A DNA stretch of 32,000 nt from Erysipelothrix larvae (GTDB taxonomy: Bacteria; Bacillota_I; Bacilli_A; Erysipelotrichales; Erysipelotrichaceae), in contig NZ_CP013213.1 of the NCBI RefSeq assembly GCF_001545095.1, positions 1,170,001 through 1,202,000 on the forward strand. Reading direction: 5' to 3'. This document shows positions 1 to 9,522 of the stretch, piece after piece. Numbering within the stretch: the stretch's first letter is position 1; the number at the start of each line of letters is the position of its first letter. Both the position numbers and the translations under genes were made by a program. A model generated the notes under the pieces. It was given only the letters and a program-made list of their open reading frames with translations, was not told the origin of the DNA and ran no database searches.

Positions 1-559
1 GAGCTTTTGATATCTCTTGGGTATCAATTGAAAGTGATGCATCCAGCTTATTAAGAATACTTGATTTTCCAACACCACTTTGCCCAGCTAATACAGAAAT
101 CTTATCTTTGAACACAGATTCAATGCCTAATTGATCATCATACTTGCTGACAGCATAGATATCATAGCCACTTGATTTATATTCATCGATAATCGTTGCG
201 AGTGTTTGTTCATCGATTAAATCTTTTTTTGTAATGATAATAACAGGATCGATGGCTTCAGTACATACTAAAAACAGCAATCGATCGACGAGTGTATAGG
301 AAAAGTCTGGGTTTTTTGCTGACATAACGATTAACGCTTGGTCAACATTCGCAACCAGAGGACGTATCAGTGCGTTTCTTCGTGGTAAGACTTTTTGAAT
401 CACCCATTTTTCATCAAGCATTTCAATCTCAACAAAATCCCCTACTACTGGTTTTTCACGAAGCCGTAACTTCCCCATTGCAACTGCAACAAACATTGAA
501 CCATTCAGTTCAACGGTATAGCGATTTGAAACAATCTTAACTATGCGTGCCTTCTCCAT
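1..559 (-). CDS. rsgA: Ribosome small-subunit biogenesis GTPase RsgA/CpgA, N-terminal ~186 codons (gene runs off the left edge)
   Basis: Own translation of the reverse strand from ATG 559-557 gives MEKARIVKIVSNRYTVELNG...ANVDQALIVMS...IITKKDL...LAGQSGVGKSSILNKL. The order is that of a circularly permuted GTPase (TKKD before the P-loop). It lies downstream of prkC as in Bacillus. It is absent from the ORF track because it is truncated by the window edge. Confidence 0.85.
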   Translation of the reverse strand, partial: MEKARIVKIVSNRYTVELNGSMFVAVAMGKLRLREKPVVGDFVEIEMLDEKWVIQKVLPRRNALIRPLVANVDQALIVMSAKNPDFSYTLVDRLLFLVCTEAIDPVIIITKKDLIDEQTLATIIDEYKSSGYDIYAVSKYDDQLGIESVFKDKISVLAGQSGVGKSSILNKLDASLSIDTQEISKA

Positions 560-580
560 CGTCTCTCTCTTTCATACAGG

Positions 581-2317
581 TTAATTCGTATTATCGGTAT
601 CATCTGAATTGTCATTGGAATTCGTATTAAAGGTAGGCTTATCTGCCACATCATAGAATGACAATGTCACGGATGAGTTTTCAAGTTGAACATAATAACT
701 TCCAGCAAATGGGTTTTGGTCTATAACAACACCAAATTGTAAGCTGTTGACCCGTTCTTCACTCATACCAGCCATTGAAAGACGGTTTAACTTAACAACA
801 ATCCCTAAATCCTCTAATGTTTTTTGTGCTTCTTCAATTGGTTTGCCACGGAAATCCTGCATGATAATCTCAGGTTCTGAACTAATGAGTAGGGTTAGAA
901 TATACTTCTGACTTGGATTAATCATTTGTCCTACACTTAATCCCTCTTGACCTACGATAATCCCAGGTTCTACTGTGGAATCCGAAACAGTACGTGTTTG
1001 AATTGTAATATTAGGATAGTTTGCAAGAATTTCTTGCACCTGTGCCCGTGTTTTCCCTGCAAAATCAGGAATTTCAAATAACCTGCCTTGTGACACTGTT
1101 ACCCGTATTTGAGATCCAGGTTCTATTTGTGTCCCTGAAACTGGACGTGTTGCTATAATATATCCTTTATCAAACTCTTCAGAATAATCATACGATAATG
1201 AGTCATTGATGTAAATATTATGTTCTGCAAGTTGAGCCCGTGCATCGTCAATATGGACACCAACTAAATCTTCAAGATAATATGGAGCGGGTGGTTTTGG
1301 CCAAAAGATAATGCCAAGAGTAACAACAATTGCTGCGATTAGCACAGTTGCAATACTCACTTGAATTTTCTTTTTCCTTGACCAAGGTTCCTTAATGACA
1401 TCGTCATCAATATCTTCATCATCAATTCCATTTAAGGCTGTAATCATCTTTGTTTCTTCATCATCAATAATATTTGGCAACCACAATGCTTCATGAATCC
1501 GTTGGGGATCAAGAGATGTGCTTAAATCTTCAAACATATCTTGTGCCAATCGGTAACGATATATTTTATTTTTTTGACATGCTTTAGTAATAATATTTGC
1601 GAATGAATGAGGAATTTCGGAGTTGTACTTCAAGACTGATGGCATTGGATCTTTTAAATGCTTCATGGCAACTTCTACGGATGTTTCACCACGATATGGT
1701 AAAGCACCTGTAATTAATTCGAAAAACACAATTCCCATTGCATAAATATCAGATTGAATCGTTGCACCATCTCCACGCACACACTCTGGTGCCAAATAGT
1801 GCACCGAACCCATGACAGAATCAACTTTTGTTAATTGAAGGGCATCATTGGCAAGTGCAATCCCAAAGTCAGCAATTTTAACAGTGCCATCATCTTTGAC
1901 TAAAATGTTTTGCGGTTTGATGTCACGGTGAACAATCCCAGCTTCATGCGCACATTTAACTGCACTTACAAGTTGTTTCATGATTGAGAGTGCTTCATAT
2001 TTTTCAAGAGCACCACGACGGTGAACAAGTTCTTTAGCAGTAATACCTTTTACAAATTCCATAACAATATAAGGTTGACCTTGGTCATCCCCTACATCAT
2101 ATACTTCAACAATATTTGGATGGTGTAAACCACTTGCAGCATTGGCTTCACGTTGAAAGCGCAACAGTGCGACAGGGTCATCGGACAAATCACCACGAAG
2201 TCGTTTTAAAGCGACATCTCGTTTTAATACAAGGTCGAAACATAGAAATACATCTGCCATACCACCGGTACCGATGCTTTGTAAGACCTCGTAGCGTTCA
2301 TTAATAATTTTAGACAT
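581..2317 (-). CDS. prkC: Ser/Thr protein kinase with PASTA repeats (PrkC/Stk family)
   Basis: Kinase motifs GTGGMADVF, HRDIKPQN and ADFGIA. One TM helix (VSIATVLIAAIVVTLGIIFW) is followed by extracellular PASTA-like repeats. Start trimmed to ATG 2317 (MSKIINERYEV), which is preceded by AAGGAGAAACC. It overlaps the stp stop by 8 nt. Confidence 0.9.
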   Translation of the reverse strand: MSKIINERYEVLQSIGTGGMADVFLCFDLVLKRDVALKRLRGDLSDDPVALLRFQREANAASGLHHPNIVEVYDVGDDQGQPYIVMEFVKGITAKELVHRRGALEKYEALSIMKQLVSAVKCAHEAGIVHRDIKPQNILVKDDGTVKIADFGIALANDALQLTKVDSVMGSVHYLAPECVRGDGATIQSDIYAMGIVFFELITGALPYRGETSVEVAMKHLKDPMPSVLKYNSEIPHSFANIITKACQKNKIYRYRLAQDMFEDLSTSLDPQRIHEALWLPNIIDDEETKMITALNGIDDEDIDDDVIKEPWSRKKKIQVSIATVLIAAIVVTLGIIFWPKPPAPYYLEDLVGVHIDDARAQLAEHNIYINDSLSYDYSEEFDKGYIIATRPVSGTQIEPGSQIRVTVSQGRLFEIPDFAGKTRAQVQEILANYPNITIQTRTVSDSTVEPGIIVGQEGLSVGQMINPSQKYILTLLISSEPEIIMQDFRGKPIEEAQKTLEDLGIVVKLNRLSMAGMSEERVNSLQFGVVIDQNPFAGSYYVQLENSSVTLSFYDVADKPTFNTNSNDNSDDTDNTN

Positions 2318-3041
2318 TGGTTTCTCCTTCAAGAATGATGTACGATATGTTATCAAAACCCCCTGCCTTGTAAGCCATATCCATCAATTGCTTTTTCGCG
2401 TGTTCAAGTGGTTGATCCATTTGAGACTCGATGTGATCATGTGGGACATAACCATACAGCCCGTCGGAACAGACCAAAAGTCGATTCCATCCATCCGGAA
2501 TCCGAATTGTTTCAAAAGTAATTGTTTCATTTACACCAACTGCATTCATCAAAACATTGCGTTTTGGATGCACTGCAACATCTTCAATGGATATCTGGTT
2601 GTTGAGATACATCATATAAGCATATGTTTGATCATGCGATAATACGGACAACCGATTGCGACGGTAATCATAAATTCGCGAATCACCAACATTAAATCCA
2701 ATGGCACGATTATTGAAAACAACAATTACAGCTGCTGTTGTTCCCATGCCTAATAATTTCATATTTTTGCGAGATTCTTTATATAAAGTTTTATTGATAT
2801 CATTCAAAGTGGTTTTGAACCATTGAATGATTGTATCGATGGACTCAAATGTACCTGCGCTTTTCTTGAATGATTCAGAAAAGAGTTCAATTGATTTTTG
2901 ACTCGCATAATCTCCACCGTTTGCTCCCCCAATCCCATCACACACAACGCCAAGAAAAACATTGTCTTTTTGGACAACGAGTACACGATCTTGATTTGTT
3001 TTGCGGACGAGTCCGATCTCACTTCGACTAATATAATTCAC
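2310..3041 (-). CDS. stp: PP2C-family Ser/Thr phosphatase (Stp/PrpC)
   Basis: PP2C motifs VCDGIGG, LGMGTTAAV and LVCSDGLYGY. GTG start at 3041. Classic pairing with prkC. Confidence 0.9.
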   Translation of the reverse strand: MNYISRSEIGLVRKTNQDRVLVVQKDNVFLGVVCDGIGGANGGDYASQKSIELFSESFKKSAGTFESIDTIIQWFKTTLNDINKTLYKESRKNMKLLGMGTTAAVIVVFNNRAIGFNVGDSRIYDYRRNRLSVLSHDQTYAYMMYLNNQISIEDVAVHPKRNVLMNAVGVNETITFETIRIPDGWNRLLVCSDGLYGYVPHDHIESQMDQPLEHAKKQLMDMAYKAGGFDNISYIILEGETNV

Positions 3042-3065
3042 CTAAAAAACCTCGCTTCTTTATGG

Positions 3066-4283
3066 TTATTTTACCATGCTTTTACGACAATGTGCGACAT
3101 AAAATCCATCTCCCAATGTATCCATTGGATTATAGGTTTTTTCATAAACACATTCAAACTCTGGATATGCCTCAATAAATCGTTGGATTTGTTTTTCGTT
3201 TTCTTTTCGATTTAAGGTGCATGTTGCATAAACAAGCAATCCACCAGGCTTCACAACTTTTGATGTGTTTTGTAAAATATCATATTGTATTGATTGTAAT
3301 TCGTCAAGGTCTGATGGTTTGATGTGATAACGTAAATCATGTTTATGTGACAATACACCAAGTCCTGAACATGGCGCATCAACAAGTACAATATCAAACA
3401 AAGATTCGAAGGCTATTGTCGCTGCATCCCCTTGAATAATGCGTGTATTTGTTACTCCAGTTCGTTCCATAAGGTCTTGTGTTTTTAAAACGCGACTCTC
3501 ATGAAGATCCACACCAATGATGGACCCCGTGTTCTTCAGTCGATTTGCAAGTCTTAGTGTTTTAGTTCCTGGTGCACAACAGCAATCCAACACATCCATC
3601 CCTTCAACGATATCAAAAGAATTCACTACATCTTGACTGTTTATATCTTGAATCACTAACACACCGTGTTCTAAGTAATCCGATTGAAATACTTCAGGTT
3701 TCACAATCTTTTTATCGACATCCAAAAAGAGCATTTCTTCTGTGATGTGATGGTCAACGAGTTGATTCATCCACCCATAAGTTGGTTTAATGGATTGACA
3801 ATATTGTGCATATTCAAGCGCGAAGCTTTCCGAATATTGCCCTTTCAATAATTTTAAAATCCAAAGTGGCATACTGTATTGAATTGATGCAACATCTAAG
3901 GCATCGCCATCAATTGCACGCTCTTTACGTTGAATCATCTTCTTTAATACTGCATTCACAAGACCACTATAACGCTTTTGACCAACTGCCTTCATTAAAT
4001 TTACGGATTCATTTACGATTGCATACTCTGGTATATCACGCATCTTATAATACTGACATGCCGCAATTAGGAGTACAATACGTACTGAATCAGGTGTTTT
4101 GTTATCAATAAAATCATCGAATTGATATTCTAAATACATTTTATGCTGTAGTGCTGTATAAACAAGCGCAGAAACAAATGCTTGATCCTGTGCATCGAGT
4201 TTAAACGCTTTTAAAACAAGGTGCGCATGCTTTCCTTTAACTAATACATCATGTAATACACTGTAACTTATCTTTCTTCTCAT
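3066..4283 (-). CDS. rsmB: 16S rRNA (cytosine967-C5)-methyltransferase RsmB
   Basis: NusB-like N-terminal domain plus SAM/m5C methyltransferase motifs DCCCAPGTKT and DAPCSGLGV. ATGA start/stop overlap with priA. Confidence 0.85.
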   Translation of the reverse strand: MRRKISYSVLHDVLVKGKHAHLVLKAFKLDAQDQAFVSALVYTALQHKMYLEYQFDDFIDNKTPDSVRIVLLIAACQYYKMRDIPEYAIVNESVNLMKAVGQKRYSGLVNAVLKKMIQRKERAIDGDALDVASIQYSMPLWILKLLKGQYSESFALEYAQYCQSIKPTYGWMNQLVDHHITEEMLFLDVDKKIVKPEVFQSDYLEHGVLVIQDINSQDVVNSFDIVEGMDVLDCCCAPGTKTLRLANRLKNTGSIIGVDLHESRVLKTQDLMERTGVTNTRIIQGDAATIAFESLFDIVLVDAPCSGLGVLSHKHDLRYHIKPSDLDELQSIQYDILQNTSKVVKPGGLLVYATCTLNRKENEKQIQRFIEAYPEFECVYEKTYNPMDTLGDGFYVAHCRKSMVK

Positions 4284-6430
4284 GCCATTAACGTTAACGG
4301 ATTAACGTCAACACTCACCCCAACTTTCTCAATTTTTCGATAGCTTTCTAAAGCACTCTGAACATATTTTATCATAAGATCAAGGTTCTTTCCTTTAAGA
4401 ATGATGCGATATTCAAAGGTATCATTCATTTTACCACAATCATAGGGACCAATTATGGTTCCATCAAAGGCCGGCATGCAAGATACAAATGTATGAGCTG
4501 CACCTAAGACCTTATTTTGGTTTTTATCTTTAAAGTATACCGCAATTAAATAGCGATATGGTGGATATTTTGCTTGCGCTCTAAAGGTCATTTCTTGTTT
4601 AAAAAATGCTTTATACTGATGTTTTGATCCATAAACGACAGCATAGTGATTTGGGTTAAACGTTTGAATTACAACCCTTCCTTTTTTATCGCCTCGCCCA
4701 CTTCTCCCTGCTGCTTGCAGAATTAAGTCAAAAGTAGTTTCAACGGAACGGTAATCATTGCGTGCCAACGACGCATCAATATTAATAATACCTACGAGTG
4801 TTACATGGGGATTATCAAGCCCTTTCGCAATCATTTGAGTCCCAATTAAGATATCAATTTTTTGCTGATTAAAGTCACTTAGGATATTTTCATGTGCATT
4901 TTTGATGCGGGTTGTATCACGGTCCATGCGCATGATGGTCGCATTTGGGAAAAGCTGATGAAGCCAGTGTTCAAGCCGCTGTGTTCCCACTCCACCACCA
5001 ATCAGATTTACTGGAGTTCCATCATTGTTTTTAGGAAATGCTTGGGTTTGATACCCACATACATGACATCTCAGTGATTTATCACGCGCATGATAATTCA
5101 AGGATACATCACAATGCGGACAGGTCAAAATTGCATCTGTATCGACATCTTTAACCCACGTTAAATAACCCCTTCGATTCAACAATAAAATGACTTGTTC
5201 ATTACGATCAAGGGTTTCTTTGATTAAATCTTGAAGCCTTTGTGTTAGATTTGCGTTTTCTTTATGATGCAATGCTTCTTGTGTATCGACAATCTCTACT
5301 TCAGGTAATGAATCGTTGATTCGACTGGGTAGTTCTAATAAGGTGTAAACGCCTTTTAAAGCACGTGCATAGGATTCGAGTGCTGGGGATGCACTGCCTA
5401 GTATCAACGGACATGTGTGGTAGTCTGAGCGCCATTGTAAAACATCGCGTGTATGATAATACGGTGTATTGCTTTGCTTATAAGACTCGTCATGTTCTTC
5501 ATCCATTATTAAAGCACCCAGATTTGAAAACGGGAGAAATGAAGCTGAGCGTGTTCCAACTACGAGTTTCACTTCACCCTTTAACACTCGTTTATACTGT
5601 TCATATTTTTCTTGATCGTTGAGTGCAGAATGATAGATTGCGACATCTTGGCCAAAGCGACTGGAAACACGTTCAATCATCTGAGGTGTCAAGGATATTT
5701 CAGGCACTAAAAATAACACCTGTTGCCCATGATCTAAAACCTGTTGAGCTAAGTTCAAATAAACTTCCGTTTTTCCACTTCCTGTAATACCATGCAAGAC
5801 ATAGGTGCGTGCTTCATTTAATTGAATCTTTTGAAGCACTTCACGTTGTGCCAAGGATAAATCATAACGTGGCATTACTTTTTCGATGGGTTTGTCTACA
5901 TAGAAACTCTCGATTTCATCACGTGCTAATATCCCCTTTTCAACAAGTTTCAGGTACCCTGGATAAATTTTTCGTGCATCACTCACACGCATTACATCAC
6001 TGCCTTCAAACGCATCAATAAGTGCGCGTTGCTTTGGGGTAAGTGACGCATAATTGGACGATATAATGCGAACAATTGGAATCATTTTAATGCGCTTAGC
6101 GGAACTTTTTGGTTTTAAGGCGTTGGGAAGCATTGTCTGAATGCAAGAAATATAAGGTGATATTGTTTGATAAGACATCCATTTGGCACACGCTAAAAGT
6201 TCAGGTGTGAGCAAGGGTTTGTCATCAATGACGGCTTCAATTGGTTGAATTTTATATCGGACAGTTGTTGGGTCAAGTTCATATATTTTGTGGACCATAC
6301 CAACAAGACGGCGTCCTTGAAGTTTCACAAAAACACGTCCACCTTCGCATGCGCTCATCGAATTTAGCGCATAGGTTAATGTTTCATTATTTAAAAAAGT
6401 TTGTTCAATAAAGACATCACATACCTTCAC
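4280..6430 (-). CDS. priA: Primosomal replication-restart helicase PriA
   Basis: Walker A GITGSGKTEVY, DEEHD box, and a Cys-rich zinc insertion CPHCDVSL...CHVCGY. GTG start with a GGAGGG SD 8 nt upstream. Confidence 0.92.
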   Translation of the reverse strand: MKVCDVFIEQTFLNNETLTYALNSMSACEGGRVFVKLQGRRLVGMVHKIYELDPTTVRYKIQPIEAVIDDKPLLTPELLACAKWMSYQTISPYISCIQTMLPNALKPKSSAKRIKMIPIVRIISSNYASLTPKQRALIDAFEGSDVMRVSDARKIYPGYLKLVEKGILARDEIESFYVDKPIEKVMPRYDLSLAQREVLQKIQLNEARTYVLHGITGSGKTEVYLNLAQQVLDHGQQVLFLVPEISLTPQMIERVSSRFGQDVAIYHSALNDQEKYEQYKRVLKGEVKLVVGTRSASFLPFSNLGALIMDEEHDESYKQSNTPYYHTRDVLQWRSDYHTCPLILGSASPALESYARALKGVYTLLELPSRINDSLPEVEIVDTQEALHHKENANLTQRLQDLIKETLDRNEQVILLLNRRGYLTWVKDVDTDAILTCPHCDVSLNYHARDKSLRCHVCGYQTQAFPKNNDGTPVNLIGGGVGTQRLEHWLHQLFPNATIMRMDRDTTRIKNAHENILSDFNQQKIDILIGTQMIAKGLDNPHVTLVGIINIDASLARNDYRSVETTFDLILQAAGRSGRGDKKGRVVIQTFNPNHYAVVYGSKHQYKAFFKQEMTFRAQAKYPPYRYLIAVYFKDKNQNKVLGAAHTFVSCMPAFDGTIIGPYDCGKMNDTFEYRIILKGKNLDLMIKYVQSALESYRKIEKVGVSVDVNPLTLMA

Positions 6431-6447
6431 AAATCATCCCTCCTACG

Positions 6448-6471
6448 AAAAACAACTCTATTACAGAGTTG
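6448..6471 (-). terminator. Weak terminator or attenuator hairpin in the gmk-priA junction
   Basis: The minus strand reads CAACUCU-GUAAU-AGAGUUG followed by UUUUU. The loop contains the gmk stop codon. Only 7 bp, so probably leaky. Confidence 0.35.
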
Positions 6472-7033
6472 CTTCAATATTTCTACGTATAATAAGTGAA
6501 ACCATTTCTGCAGCAAATTGAGGATCATCATTACATACAACATAGCGATATTGATTCATTAAATCCATTTCTTTACTTGCCTTAGATAACCGTTGATCAA
6601 TGATTTCAGGATCTTCAGTTCTTCTATTTTCAATTCTACGTTTCAATTCTTCAAGCGATGGTGGAACCAAGAAAATGCTTAATGCATCTGGAACCTTATC
6701 AATTACTTGAAGTGCTCCTTGAACTTCTATCTCAAGGATAACATTCTTACCCATATCACGTAAGCGATCCACTTCTTGAAGTGGTGTACCGTAATAGTTT
6801 CCAACAAATTCTGCATACTCAAGAAGCTCATCATTTTGAATTGCTTCTTCAAAGCGAGCTCTGTCTACAAAATAGTAATCTTTTCCATCAATTTCACCAG
6901 GTCGTTTGGTTCGTGTCGTCATCGAAATTGAGAATGCAAGATTCAATTCTTCACGATGAATGAACAGTTCCCGTACTGTTCCTTTTCCAACACCACTTGG
7001 ACCGGAAAATATAATTAACAAACCACGTTTCAT
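6461..7033 (-). CDS. gmk: Guanylate kinase
   Basis: P-loop GPSGVGKGT and overall Gmk layout. Start trimmed to ATG 7033 (MKRGLLIIFSG), because the longer ORF-track start has no SD. Confidence 0.9.
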   Translation of the reverse strand: MKRGLLIIFSGPSGVGKGTVRELFIHREELNLAFSISMTTRTKRPGEIDGKDYYFVDRARFEEAIQNDELLEYAEFVGNYYGTPLQEVDRLRDMGKNVILEIEVQGALQVIDKVPDALSIFLVPPSLEELKRRIENRRTEDPEIIDQRLSKASKEMDLMNQYRYVVCNDDPQFAAEMVSLIIRRNIEATL

Positions 7034-7075
7034 ATTCAACCATCCCTTACTATCAAAAATCATGGATTATCAATT

Positions 7076-7104
7076 ATCATAAGGGTTTTTTGCGATTAAA
7101 TCAA
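7076..7104 (-). promoter_or_regulatory. Possible promoter of the gmk-priA-rsmB-stp-prkC-rsgA operon
   Basis: The minus strand reads TTGATT-N17-TATGAT. Weak match, best candidate by eye only. Confidence 0.3.
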
Positions 7105-7206
7105 ATAGTTTTGACAAATCCTTGAAAATTTTCATGTGAAACCCCCGATTTCCACCACTAAGATGCAAAATCACCGTGAAAACAAGTGGTAAGTCCTTCA
7201 TTGATT

Positions 7207-7217
7207 TGTGATATAAT
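7207..7217 (+). promoter_or_regulatory. Extended -10 promoter (TGTGaTATAAT, TRTG-type) for rqcH
   Basis: TGTGATATAAT lies 24 nt upstream of ATG 7242, with GGAGGG in between. No good -35. Confidence 0.6.
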
Positions 7218-7241
7218 AACAGACAGTTATGGAGGGATTTT

Positions 7242-8864
7242 ATGCCACTAGATGGAGTATTACTTCACAGAATTATTGAACAAATGCAAGATGCTGTTCC
7301 CATGCGCATTAATCGGATAACACAACCATCATCCCATGAGTTTGTGTTTCATTGTTTTGCTAAGAAAAAGTATGCCCTTTTTATATCAACGCATCCTGTT
7401 TTTAGTCGTATTCAATTTACAAATCTCAAATTATCACAATCCGTTGAATTAACACACCTTTTATCACTTTTTAGAAAGTATCTTGACGGTGGCATTATTC
7501 AAACGATTCATCAAGTGGGTTATGATCGTGTTTTTGAGTTAACCATTGATCATCGAGATGATATGGGTGTTATACGAACATATCGTCTTGTCATCGAATT
7601 GATGGGGAAATATGCCAACTTAATCTTAGTGGATGAAGACGATCGTGTTATCGATTCACAAAAGCGTTTGGGATCATTTGAAAACAGTGGGCGATCCATT
7701 GTACCTGGTAGTGACTATACCGTTCCTACAGATTTCAATCGTAAGCCCTTTAATGAAATCGTTCACGGTTTTGATTATAATGAGTCACTCACAAAGCAAT
7801 TTGATGGCATATCACCCCTTCTTGAAAATGAGATTTTATACCGTCTTAAATCACAATCAATTGACTCGATTGTAGATGAGATTTCGAATACCACGTCACT
7901 TTATATTCATGGTAAAGATTTCCATTGCATCCAACTCACTCACCTCAACACTCCTTTTGAGGCCTTTGAACTTATGGAGGGATTGGATCATTATTATCAT
8001 GACCTTCAAGAGCAAGAGCGAATCAAAGCCCATACGGGGGATTTGTTAAAGTCGGTGCGTCGTGAATTAAAACGAAGCAAACAAAAGCTACCGCATCTTT
8101 ATTTAGATTATGAGAATGCGACTGAAAGTGAACATCTACGGCTGTATGGTGATTTATTGTATGCCTATTATGCAGATGCACCCAGTGGGAAAAGCGAAGT
8201 TATCTTACAAGACTTTGAAGGCAATGATGTCACAATTCCTTTGGATCAAAAAAGAAATGGGAAAGATAATGCAAAACGGTATTTCATACGCTATCGTAAA
8301 GCAAAAACCTCATTGTCTTATATTCTTGAACAAATTGAATTAACCGAAGATCGCATTGAATATCTTGAAAGTGTCTTAACACAAATTGAACAAGCTTCAG
8401 TTGAAGATGCCAAAGAAATTCAAGAGGAACTATCAAACCATGGATTTAGGTTTAAGGTGCAAAAGAGTCGTCAGACAAAAAAATCAAAGAAACCAAACTA
8501 TATTGTCATTCAATACGATGAAGAAACTGTAATTTATGTCGGCAAAAATAACATTCAAAATGAATTAATCACGTTCAAACTCGCACGAAAAGAAGATATG
8601 TGGTTTCATGCTGCGCATACACACGGGGCCCATGTAATGATCAAATCCCCTTCGCTTAACGAAGATAAAATTCGCCTGTGTGCTCACCTTGCTGCCTATT
8701 ATTCTAAAGGACGCTATGGGAGCAGTGTCGAAGTTCATTATACCCAAGCTAAGTATTTAAAAAAGGTGCCTGGAAAGCCACCTGGATTTGTATCAATGAG
8801 CACGCATAACAGCATCTTTATTGATCCGGATGCTCAGCTCGTTCACGCTTTTGTTGCGCAATGA
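7242..8864 (+). CDS. rqcH: Ribosome quality control factor RqcH (NFACT family; formerly annotated fibronectin-binding protein A / YloA)
   Basis: NFACT-N start MPLDGVLLH, GYDRVFEL (DR motif), a central coiled coil, and NFACT-R DMWFHAAHTHGAHV. GGAGGG SD. Confidence 0.85.
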   Translation: MPLDGVLLHRIIEQMQDAVPMRINRITQPSSHEFVFHCFAKKKYALFISTHPVFSRIQFTNLKLSQSVELTHLLSLFRKYLDGGIIQTIHQVGYDRVFELTIDHRDDMGVIRTYRLVIELMGKYANLILVDEDDRVIDSQKRLGSFENSGRSIVPGSDYTVPTDFNRKPFNEIVHGFDYNESLTKQFDGISPLLENEILYRLKSQSIDSIVDEISNTTSLYIHGKDFHCIQLTHLNTPFEAFELMEGLDHYYHDLQEQERIKAHTGDLLKSVRRELKRSKQKLPHLYLDYENATESEHLRLYGDLLYAYYADAPSGKSEVILQDFEGNDVTIPLDQKRNGKDNAKRYFIRYRKAKTSLSYILEQIELTEDRIEYLESVLTQIEQASVEDAKEIQEELSNHGFRFKVQKSRQTKKSKKPNYIVIQYDEETVIYVGKNNIQNELITFKLARKEDMWFHAAHTHGAHVMIKSPSLNEDKIRLCAHLAAYYSKGRYGSSVEVHYTQAKYLKKVPGKPPGFVSMSTHNSIFIDPDAQLVHAFVAQ

Positions 8865-9477
8865 TGTGTTTGTAATTTGGCATTATTGATTCAATAATTG
8901 CATAAAACTGTTTACTGTGATTGAATTCAATCATATGTGCACATTCATGAAGTACAACATACTGAATGAACTCCAAAGACTCATGAAATAGATAGGTATT
9001 AAATCCTAAAGATCCTTTGCTTGAACACCTGCCATATAATCGCTTGTATTTACGAATAATATAGGGTGGAACCTTGAGTCCTAACTGTCCACAATAATCG
9101 TTTAAACTAGACTGGATAATTTCATCCAGTTTTTCTTTCAGTTTGTCTTCAACAAATTGGTTCACACGGCCTTGTGATGCACGCTTAGGATGCGTGATTA
9201 TTAATGCTTGTGATGAGATTTCACATCGATATTGTGTCCCAATAATTCTTTCGACCTGTAACTTACTTCCAAATACATACGCGATATCATCTTCAAAAAC
9301 ATCAAACCCTAGTTTTCGATACAGTGCGAGTTTTTCTAAAATCCACGGAGTTTTTTCCTTTACAAACCCTTCTATAATGTGTTTATCGACACCAAAAGGT
9401 GCATAGACAAATACACTTCCATCCACGACTTTTATAGCGATTGTTTTACGATTACTTTGCTTCAATTTATAGTTCAT
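8818..9477 (-). CDS. DUF45/YgjP-like (M48-superfamily) metal-dependent hydrolase
   Basis: C-terminal HExxH (VLHECAHMIEFNH) within a ~220-aa protein whose N-terminus has the YgjP layout (RKTIAIKVVDGSVFVYAP). Confidence 0.7.
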   Translation of the reverse strand: MNYKLKQSNRKTIAIKVVDGSVFVYAPFGVDKHIIEGFVKEKTPWILEKLALYRKLGFDVFEDDIAYVFGSKLQVERIIGTQYRCEISSQALIITHPKRASQGRVNQFVEDKLKEKLDEIIQSSLNDYCGQLGLKVPPYIIRKYKRLYGRCSSKGSLGFNTYLFHESLEFIQYVVLHECAHMIEFNHSKQFYAIIESIMPNYKHIIAQQKRERAEHPDQ

Positions 9478-9483
9478 GCATAG

Positions 9484-9492
9484 ATTATAGCA
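9484..9492 (-). promoter_or_regulatory. Extended -10 (TGcTATAAT) placed 6 nt from the ATG of the DUF45 hydrolase gene (leaderless geometry)
   Basis: The minus strand reads TGCTATAAT-ctatgc-ATG(9477). No SD. Confidence 0.55.
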
Positions 9493-9496
9493 TAGA

Positions 9497-9507
9497 TGTG
9501 ATATAAT
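9497..9507 (+). promoter_or_regulatory. Extended -10 promoter (TGTGaTATAAT) for the Cof-type phosphatase gene
   Basis: The same 11-mer as at 7207. It lies only 15 nt upstream of ATG 9523, which implies a very short leader. Confidence 0.55.
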
Positions 9508-9522
9508 ACACGTGGTGATTAA

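Noticed and set aside
7111-7116. A perfect TTGACA hexamer on the plus strand in the gmk/rqcH intergenic region.
   Set aside because: The sequence 17 nt downstream is ATGTGA, which is not a usable -10. The TGTGaTATAAT element at 7207 is the better rqcH promoter.
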